A stretch of DNA of 23,631 bases, from positions 1 through 23,631 of the forward strand of contig CAWHOE010000048.1 in NCBI GenBank assembly GCA_963830915.1, written 5' to 3'. Shown piece after piece: positions 16,617 to 23,631 of this stretch (the stretch's first letter is position 1; each line of letters opens with the position of its first letter). The notes beneath the pieces are model-generated. The model did not search any database. It saw only the letters and a list, made by a program, of their open reading frames with translations, and was not told where the DNA came from. This DNA comes from a candidate division FCPU426 bacterium. Lineage in GTDB: Bacteria > Oederibacteriota > Muellerivitia > Muellerivitales > Muellerivitaceae. Made by a program: the position numbers and the translations under genes.

Positions 16617-18312
16617 AACATTTTTCGCCACAGAGTCACAGAGGGACAGACCGTCAGGAATAAGAAATCTTTTATTTGGGTTGTATTTCTTTATCCTCGT
16701 GCCAGGGTTGGCCTTGCCCGTAAGAGCGGACGGGTTGGATTTCAAGACACTATCCCTCATCCCCGTTCAAGAAGCGGGAAGGATCAAGCCTCTGGATACC
16801 CTGGCCAGGGAGAGCATCCGTTCCATCACGGGTCGGGAAGGGTTTGAAGGCCGAGTCCCCATGGACCTTTTGATGGACTGGGTCACCCACCCGGAGGACT
16901 GGGACAAGCAACCGGTCATCCTGGTCGAGAATCTCGACTTGCGATCCCTATTAAGCGTTCCCCAGGACCAAAAAAGGGTCGCCCCTTCCTTTCTTATCCA
17001 TAACGATGGATTCATCGCTTTTGCCAAGTCAAGTTTCGGGAAACAACAAAAGAAGATGACCTTGAGTCCGATGGAAAAAGAGAGCCTGACGGTATTCGGG
17101 CGGCTCCAGCGCTACGAGGATATCCAATCGGGAGAGATATTGACGATCATCCCTCTTCCCAATCCCGCCACCCAGAAATGGGCGTCATTGGGTGAACTAC
17201 AAGACGCTTATAAACGGGATGCCGCCCATATGCCCGCCCCTTTGAAGACTGTCCTGGTATCTTTCGCGGGGGTCCTGAAGGCTTACAACGCGAAGGACCC
17301 TTCCGACTTTAACGCGGAATGTCAGAACCTCTCCCAGATGCTAGCTCAGATCGGCGGAAAGGACGAACCCGACCTTTCAAGGCTCTCGCTGGAAGTGCAG
17401 TTCAACGCGTTGAAACCTTTTCAGATCGCTTGGATACTTCATCTCGTAGCTTTTTTATTGATGGGAATTTCCCTCCTGACGGGTATTCGTTGGCTTTTCC
17501 GGGCCGGTTTCTCAGTGTTCATCCTGGGGATACTCATGAGCGGATATGGTTTCGTACTTCGATGCGTGATCGCGGGAAAACCACCTGTCTCCAATATGTA
17601 TGAGTCCCTTATTTGGGTGACCTTCGGCATGACGGTCTTTGCCCTTATTTTCGAGCTTATTTTCAAGAACCGGCAATTCGCGATATGCGGATCGGTATTG
17701 GCGGTCGTTGGATTCGTCCTGGCGGACAACGTTCCGACCGTATTGGATTCTTCCATCCAGCCCCTTGAGCCTGTCCTCAGGAGCAACTTCTGGCTGACCA
17801 TCCATGTGCTGACCATCACCTTGAGTTACGCCGCTTTCCTGTTATCCCTGGGAATCGGACACGTCTGTCTTTGGACCCTTTACAAGCATGGAGAGGACCG
17901 GGAAAGGTTGACCCGCCAAACCAGACTTCTTTACCGAGTGGTACAGGTCGGGGTCGTTCTTTTGGCGGCGGGAACCATACTGGGGGGGGTTTGGGCCAAT
18001 TATTCCTGGGGACGTTTTTGGGGTTGGGACCCGAAGGAGACCTGGGCGCTCATCGCTTTGTTGGGTTATATCGCGATCCTGCACGGCCGATTGTCCGGCT
18101 GGCTTAAGGAAACAGGTTTCATCATCGGGGTAATCTTGGCTTTCCTGGGCGTGTTGATGGCCTGGTACGGGGTCAACTTCATTCTTGGAGTGGGTCTGCA
18201 TAGCTACGGTTTTTCCAAGGGCGGTCTGCCCTATGTCATTACTTTCGTCGCGGTCGAACTGGTCTTAGTCGCCCTGGTCGGATTGAAAGTCCGCAGGGTC
18301 GGCCGAAACTAG
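16609..18312 (+). CDS. ccsA: Cytochrome c biogenesis protein CcsA (system II heme ligase) with N-terminal soluble extension
   Basis: GRIKPLDTLAR domain; P.SNMYES; L.PVLRSNFWLTIHV; WWD motif WANYSWGRFWGWDPKETWAL; GLHSY. Confidence 0.93.
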   Translation: MPKTFFATESQRDRPSGIRNLLFGLYFFILVPGLALPVRADGLDFKTLSLIPVQEAGRIKPLDTLARESIRSITGREGFEGRVPMDLLMDWVTHPEDWDKQPVILVENLDLRSLLSVPQDQKRVAPSFLIHNDGFIAFAKSSFGKQQKKMTLSPMEKESLTVFGRLQRYEDIQSGEILTIIPLPNPATQKWASLGELQDAYKRDAAHMPAPLKTVLVSFAGVLKAYNAKDPSDFNAECQNLSQMLAQIGGKDEPDLSRLSLEVQFNALKPFQIAWILHLVAFLLMGISLLTGIRWLFRAGFSVFILGILMSGYGFVLRCVIAGKPPVSNMYESLIWVTFGMTVFALIFELIFKNRQFAICGSVLAVVGFVLADNVPTVLDSSIQPLEPVLRSNFWLTIHVLTITLSYAAFLLSLGIGHVCLWTLYKHGEDRERLTRQTRLLYRVVQVGVVLLAAGTILGGVWANYSWGRFWGWDPKETWALIALLGYIAILHGRLSGWLKETGFIIGVILAFLGVLMAWYGVNFILGVGLHSYGFSKGGLPYVITFVAVELVLVALVGLKVRRVGRN

Positions 18313-18437
18313 GATAAACTTCCCGCCAACGGACATTTATTAACAATTATAGTTTTTGTTCCTTCCGGATAAATCGTTAGAATTCATCCTGTATCTCCAT
18401 CCGCGAAAAGACCATTTACTGTCGAGTAAAGGGATCC

Positions 18438-19013
18438 ATGAAAGCTTTGATATTAAACGGGGCTTTTGAAGGACAAACCAATCTTGATCAGGCGGGCGAC
18501 CTGCTGGTCGAGGAGTTCAAACGTCTCAAGTGGGAGCCGGTCCTGGTGCGCCTCAGGGACATGAATATCCGGGAATGTGTCGGCTGCTTCAACTGTTGGG
18601 TAAAAACCCCCGGTCTTTGCTCTACGGCGGATGACGCGAAAGAACTGAACCGCCATTATTCCCAAGCCGACCTTTTCGCCCTTATCACCCCGATCCGTTT
18701 CGGCGGATACGGCTCCATCCTGAAAAAAGCCATGGAAAGAACGGTCCTTCCCAATCTCCTCCCGTTCATGGAATCCCATCACGGCGAGACCCATCATCCG
18801 ACCCGTAATGGGAAAGGGATCAAGCTTTTAGGCATCGGAGGCCTTCGGGCCGCCGACCCTTCGTCCGAGCAGATCTTCGAAGAGATATTGCGCAGGAATA
18901 CCTTGAACCTTCACGGGCCGATCCATCGTTCCACGGTGCTTTATGAAGACTTGACGGTCCAACAGCTGAAGGCCAGGATCCGCGATCTAGTCGTGAGAGC
19001 GGAGGTGAATTGA
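18438..19013 (+). CDS. Flavodoxin-fold NAD(P)H-dependent oxidoreductase with iron-sulfur flavoprotein-like Cys motif
   Basis: MKALILNG, CVGCFNCWVKTPGLC, DD, ADL....TPI.FGGY...LK...ER. Confidence 0.82.
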   Translation: MKALILNGAFEGQTNLDQAGDLLVEEFKRLKWEPVLVRLRDMNIRECVGCFNCWVKTPGLCSTADDAKELNRHYSQADLFALITPIRFGGYGSILKKAMERTVLPNLLPFMESHHGETHHPTRNGKGIKLLGIGGLRAADPSSEQIFEEILRRNTLNLHGPIHRSTVLYEDLTVQQLKARIRDLVVRAEVN

Positions 19014-19708
19014 TGGGGAACGAAAGAAAAGTCCTTGTCTTGGTCGGAAGTCCCAAGGGCAAATTAAGCGCCTCAAATACCTTGGGGACTTTTTTAACGG
19101 AAAAATTGGGTGAAAAGTTTATCCAGGCCCAACTTCAGTATTTGACGCTGGCGAGAAATTCGGGAGAGTCGTTCGAAAGACTCATGGTCGCGATGGGAGA
19201 GGCCGATGTTCTGGTCTTGGTATTCCCTTTATACGCCGATCAATTGCCTTCTGGAGTGGTCGAAACGCTTGAGCGTTATTCGGCGTTCAGGGAAGGACAT
19301 AGACTTCCCAAGGATCAATCGTTGATGGCATTGGTGAACTGCGGATTCCCGGAAGCGGCCCAAAATGACGCCGCTCTTTCTGTCGTGAAACGATTCGCTG
19401 AACTTCATCATCTCCAGTGGCTGGGTGGTCTTTCCTTGGGAGGGGGAGGGATCGTCGATTCGGAAAAGCCGCTGCAATCCCAAGGGGGGAAAGTCCGCCG
19501 GATCATGCACGTCCTTGAAATGGCGGCTACGGCGATTTCCAAGGGACTTATGCTTCCTGAGGAAGCCAAAAGGGATATCCGTCGCCAAGTCCTGCCGTCC
19601 TGGCTTTATCGATTAGTCGGCAATTGGGGTTTTCGAAAAGCGGCAAAGGAATTCGGGATTTCCCGTCAGCAGGTATGCGCCAAGCCTTTTATCAACCAAC
19701 TCTCCTAG
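19013..19708 (+). CDS. Flavodoxin-fold NAD(P)H-dependent oxidoreductase
   Basis: VLVGSPK...SAS, ADVLVLVFPLYADQLP, NCGFPE..QN; translationally coupled (TGATG) to the preceding gene. Confidence 0.8.
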   Translation: MGNERKVLVLVGSPKGKLSASNTLGTFLTEKLGEKFIQAQLQYLTLARNSGESFERLMVAMGEADVLVLVFPLYADQLPSGVVETLERYSAFREGHRLPKDQSLMALVNCGFPEAAQNDAALSVVKRFAELHHLQWLGGLSLGGGGIVDSEKPLQSQGGKVRRIMHVLEMAATAISKGLMLPEEAKRDIRRQVLPSWLYRLVGNWGFRKAAKEFGISRQQVCAKPFINQLS

Positions 19709-19934
19709 TCTCCGCTTCCGTAAACCAATCCCCAGGTATGTAATGAATAACGACCAGTCCATTCCGACCGTAAAGATTCAGTAAAGAATTCGTTGTATTT
19801 TTGTCCCTCTTTTTAAAATGAACTGACGGTATGAACGGTTGATTTTCCTGAAAAAAGGGGTTTCATCAAGGTTAAAGGAGTAAAATAAGCTCATAGACCT
19901 CTTCATAAAAAGCTTACCGAAGGAGGTTAGGACC

Positions 19935-21034
19935 ATGTTCGATTTCAAACGTCATACCAGCCAAATCCCAGCCAATCAACAATCCCATTCGGTATCAGGG
20001 CCAACGTTAAAGAAAGCTTTCATCCTTCAACAAAAAGGGGACGCCCAATTCCTGGTCAGCTGTTATCCAGAAGCCGAGAAATTTTACAAAAAATCCTTAG
20101 CCATTTACCAAAAGTCCGGGATCGGGATGGATATCGGTCATACTTTGTTGCGCATTGGCCGGACCGAAGAGATCAAGGGAGAATATGAGAACGCCAGGGC
20201 CGCTTACCTGGAAAGCCTGGAATTGTTCCAGGGGTTGAGCGACCTGCAGGCGATCGCCCGCTGCAAAGCCCATTTGGGTAGTCTGGGATGGGCAACAGGA
20301 GACTACGCCCAGGCGATCATCCTTTTGGAGGAGGCCAGGAGTTTGTACCGGGTCGCAGAAACGTTCCCGGCGAGGCGTGGGTCCATGACTTGATGGGAAA
20401 TATCCGATTGGCCATGAGGGAACACGACGAAGCGGAGAGGTGTTATTGGACCGCTTACTCTATGGTGGAAAAACTCGGATTGAACCTTGAGAATGTCGCG
20501 TGGAATCACTATCACTTGGGCGCGGTCGCCCTTTATCGAGAACAGACGGAAGAAGCAAAAAAAAGATTCCAAGAGGCTTGGGACTGCTTTGGGCGTTTGA
20601 AGGACGACCTGGGACTGGTAGCCGTCCTGACCAACTTAGGAGAGATCGCGTGCGCTGAAAAAGATTTTCTGTCGGCGGGAAAACATTTTCGGGAAGCCCT
20701 TCAACGGGTCATCCTCACGGGATGCAAACCTTTGTTGGCGGATACATTGATCGGTGTGGCACAACTATTGAAAGCGACCGGGGAGGAGCGCAAGGCCATC
20801 GGGATATTGATGGTCGCCCTTTCCCATCCTACCTGCCGGCAACAGACCAAGGACCGCATGGTAACGTTGGTCATGGCGTTGGAATCCCGTTTTTCCCAGG
20901 CGGAGGTGGAGGATGGTTTCCTGTGGGCCAAGGATTTCAGCCTGGAGGATATGGCTTCGGCTTGGGTATCTTCTTCCAAAAAACAGGAGCCTTCCCGGAA
21001 ACGAACAGGCAAAAAATCCAAGCCTAAAGATTGA
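19935..21034 (+). CDS. Tetratricopeptide repeat protein, apparent frameshift near 20358-20361
   Basis: AAGGAGG RBS; helical repeats (A...Y..SL..., GEYE.A...Y.ESL, LG......GDY..A) continue across the two ORFs if one base is added (RVA-x-NVPGEAWVHDLMG). Confidence 0.78.
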
Positions 21035-21078
21035 TCATTTATTCCACAAAATGGGAAGACGATCCATTTAGCTGTTCC

Positions 21079-21861
21079 TTACCTCATCACGTTCATCAGA
21101 CCCAATTTTTTGTAATCCTCCGGTGGATCGAAAGTCCCCTGTGCGATCTCCTGTTGACGGATGCTGATGACTTTGTAATGGCAAGAGGGTCGATCATGGA
21201 TATAAAGGTTCGATTGAATCGGAAGATCCTCTTCCGAAAGACCCTGCTGGAATGCTTCGGCATCCACCCCCATCTGGGCAAGGAAGTCCCCGGATAGATC
21301 GAACATCAGGTGGATCAGGCTCCGATAGGTATGGTAATCCTCATCGTCGATCCCCGCTTTTTGCGGGGTCGTGACCCATACTTCCCGGTTTTTAACGCCA
21401 TCTATATCAGTTACATATTCATCGCAGGGGAATCCATCCGTACTTAAATCCTTGGCTATCCGTTGGGGGTTGCCGTTGAAAAAAGCCCGCGCGTTGTCCC
21501 GAATGAACTGGAAAGCCCGTTTCGAAGCTTCGGACGAGGTCTCCATTTGTTTTTCCATCCGACCGGCGGTGATGGCCGCGACCAATTTAAGGCCCATTTG
21601 GTCGGTCGAGGAAATAGGGATGAAAGTCTTGCGCAGATGGTCCGCGATGACCAAAAAGGAACTGTCCCGATCATATAGGACGGACCCCAGGGCTTCGGGG
21701 CCCTTAAAATCCAATCTTAACTTGTCATGGGAAACGGACACCTTCAGGTCGATCCAACCATCCTTATACGCGTCGCAATGAATATGGGCTTTCAATACGG
21801 TCCCAGCCCACCCCTGAGTCGAAAAGCCGACCGCCAGGGACAAAAAGATAAATTTTTTCAA
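21079..21861 (-). CDS. Secreted hypothetical protein, DUF4412-like
   Basis: Probable TTG start at 21861 giving MKKFIFLSLAVGFSTQGWA signal peptide; KLRLD, DH..KT, GFPCDEY, EVWVT, LPI and F.PPEDYKK match the DUF4412-type pattern as recalled. Confidence 0.65.
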   Translation of the reverse strand: MKKFIFLSLAVGFSTQGWAGTVLKAHIHCDAYKDGWIDLKVSVSHDKLRLDFKGPEALGSVLYDRDSSFLVIADHLRKTFIPISSTDQMGLKLVAAITAGRMEKQMETSSEASKRAFQFIRDNARAFFNGNPQRIAKDLSTDGFPCDEYVTDIDGVKNREVWVTTPQKAGIDDEDYHTYRSLIHLMFDLSGDFLAQMGVDAEAFQQGLSEEDLPIQSNLYIHDRPSCHYKVISIRQQEIAQGTFDPPEDYKKLGLMNVMR

Positions 21862-21871
21862 GTATTGGATC

Positions 21872-23392
21872 TTATTCGAAACCGTAGAGTCCTCCGAATT
21901 TTTTCCCCAAATAGTCGAGGAAAAAGCCACTGTTGGGCTCCTGCCCTGTGATGACCTGGCAGAGGGCATGGGCCCTGTATTTCTGACCCTGGGAATGGAT
22001 CTTCTCATTCAGCCATTTTCGCAAGGGTTTGAAGTCTCCCTTCGAGAAATTATCTTTGAAAGGCCCGACTTCCTTTTCGGCGGCCGCGAAGAATTGAGCC
22101 GAATAAAGATTTCCCAGCGTATAGGTGGGGAAATACCCGAAACTTCCATGGCTCCAATGGACATCCTGAAGACATCCCGCCGCGTCGCTGGGAGGGGTCA
22201 ATCCCAGGTATTTTTTCATGGACTCGTTCCAAGCGGCCGGTACGTCGGATGTATTCAATGTTCCCCCGATCATGGCCACCTCGATGTCATAACGCAGGCA
22301 GATATGGAGGTTATACGTGACCTCATCCGATTCGGTCCGGATGAAGGAAGGCGCCGAATGATTGATGGCAAAATGGAAATCCTTCAAGGGGACATCGTCA
22401 AATGTTCCGGGGAATGCTTTTTTCAGCTCCGGGTAGAAAAACTCCCAAAAGGCCATGCTTCGGCCCACCAGGTTTTCCCAAAGACGGGATTGGGACTCAT
22501 GGATACCGAGCGAGACCGCCGAGGCGCGGGGAGTGCCGTAATGTTCGCTGGAAGGAAGATTTTGATCGTAGATCCCGTGGCCCGCCTCATGCAGGGTGCT
22601 GAAGAAGGCGTTCTCGAAATTTTCTTCCTCGAAGCGGATGGTGATGCGCGTATCCCAGGGACCTAGGCCGGTGGTGAAAGGATGGGCCGAGACGTCAATG
22701 CGTCCTTTGGCAAAGTCAAACCCTATCGCTTCGGCCATCCGGTTACAAAACTCCCGCTGGGCGGGAATAGGGCACTTGCGTTTCAGGATGGACAGGTTCG
22801 GTTGACGTTTGGAGGAGGTGATCTTGGACACCAATAAGGATAAGTTCTCTTTTAACGGTGGGAATAATTTATTCAAAAGAGCGGTGGTCAGCCCTGGTTC
22901 GTAATCCTCTAACAGGGCGTCATAAGGATGGTCCTGGTAGCCGTAGCATTTGGCCTGTTCTTGGCACAAAGGGATGATCTTGTCCAGCCAGGGTTGAAAA
23001 CGGGAAAATCGGTTCTCCTGCCGGGCCTTCACCCACTCGACCTGGGCTTGGGAAGTGACCAAGGTCATTTCCTCCACCAGTTTTTGGGGAAGCTTGGTGG
23101 AGCGGTCGTAGGAACGGCGCCATTCCCGTAGATTGACCGCGGTATCGGATAGGGGATCGGAAGTCAAAGTCTTCGAGGATTCGGCTTGGGTGATCCACTC
23201 GCCGACCTGGGGATCGGTGAACTTGTGGTGGCACATGCCGGCCAATAGGGACAACTGTTCCGCCCGATAAGGCGCGTTGGCGGGAGGCATATAGACTTCC
23301 TGGTCCCATCCCAGGATCCCGGCGGTGTTGCCAAGGACCGCGATCTCCTTCATGCGTTGTATCAAATCTCCATAGGCTCGCTCGGGCGTCAT
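21872..23392 (-). CDS. Carboxypeptidase M32 (Taq-type metallocarboxypeptidase)
   Basis: [31 protein letters not shown] (HExxH), [52 protein letters not shown] before ATG 23392. Confidence 0.96.
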   Translation of the reverse strand: MTPERAYGDLIQRMKEIAVLGNTAGILGWDQEVYMPPANAPYRAEQLSLLAGMCHHKFTDPQVGEWITQAESSKTLTSDPLSDTAVNLREWRRSYDRSTKLPQKLVEEMTLVTSQAQVEWVKARQENRFSRFQPWLDKIIPLCQEQAKCYGYQDHPYDALLEDYEPGLTTALLNKLFPPLKENLSLLVSKITSSKRQPNLSILKRKCPIPAQREFCNRMAEAIGFDFAKGRIDVSAHPFTTGLGPWDTRITIRFEEENFENAFFSTLHEAGHGIYDQNLPSSEHYGTPRASAVSLGIHESQSRLWENLVGRSMAFWEFFYPELKKAFPGTFDDVPLKDFHFAINHSAPSFIRTESDEVTYNLHICLRYDIEVAMIGGTLNTSDVPAAWNESMKKYLGLTPPSDAAGCLQDVHWSHGSFGYFPTYTLGNLYSAQFFAAAEKEVGPFKDNFSKGDFKPLRKWLNEKIHSQGQKYRAHALCQVITGQEPNSGFFLDYLGKKFGGLYGFE

Positions 23393-23486
23393 GGTCTCTC
23401 CTTGAAAGGATGAAAGGTCCAAAGTCAACGACAAGAAAAACGTCCCCGTTATTCCGGCTGCCGATAGTTGACCGTGAACAGTTTTT

Positions 23487-23630
23487 TTACAGGTCTTCGC
23501 TTAAGCCAACCAGGATAGGAACGTCTTCTTGGGTGATATTTTTATAAATCAGGAAATAAGAACGGCTTTCAAGGAAGGCGTGTTCGCCAGGACGCAGGTC
23601 AAACTGGAACCCGATCCCACGTAAAGCCGC
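23487..23630 (-). CDS. 3' end of a probable outer-membrane beta-barrel protein (partial, runs off window)
   Basis: Not in the ORF track. Reads AALRGIGFQFDLRPGEHAFLESRSYFLIYKNITQEDVPILVGLSEDL*, which aligns by eye with the last three strands of the 12521 and 14295 barrels. Confidence 0.6.
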   Translation of the reverse strand, partial: AALRGIGFQFDLRPGEHAFLESRSYFLIYKNITQEDVPILVGLSEDL

Positions 23631-23631
23631 G

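Noticed and set aside
18415..18430. TTTACT-gtcg-AGTAAA inverted repeat before the flavodoxin pair as an operator or RNA switch
   Set aside because: Only a 6-bp AT-rich stem, too weak to separate from chance without comparative data.
21968..22666. 232-aa plus-strand ORF and similar antisense ORFs (e.g. 15504..16046, 3586..4065, 2055..2492)
   Set aside because: Shadow frames opposite well-supported genes, with no recognisable motifs.
1..23631. Defence island, prophage or autonomous transposon
   Set aside because: No nuclease, integrase, transposase, reverse transcriptase, toxin-antitoxin or phage structural motifs recognised in any ORF.

Overview
Bacterial (diderm) chromosomal region, mostly housekeeping and envelope genes. 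The first ~460 nt (3' ends of an FAA-hydrolase gene and a FucP-type MFS permease) join abruptly onto the middle of a TonB-dependent receptor, which looks like a chimeric junction. Next come an isochorismatase, a GT-C glycosyltransferase, a sterol desaturase-family gene, a DCC-motif/LMF1 fusion, a zinc-ribbon membrane protein, a CE7 acetyl esterase, a small unannotated ORF, a methyltransferase, a HAD hydrolase and an orphan livG-livF pair. The most unusual part is 12.3-15.1 kb: three paralogous secreted TPR genes, two fused through a low-complexity linker to a small outer-membrane beta-barrel. One intergenic region there carries a ~200-nt MITE-like insert (terminal inverted repeats, 10-bp direct repeats, internal four-way junction). 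Another has a promoter bracketed by inverted repeats. After that are system II cytochrome c biogenesis genes (ResB-like, ccsA), two flavodoxin-fold genes, a stand-alone TPR gene, a DUF4412-like secreted protein, an M32 carboxypeptidase, and the 3' end of a probable third barrel paralog at the right edge. Three single-base frameshifts suggest error-prone (long-read) sequence. All calls come from motif recognition by eye; no searches were run.
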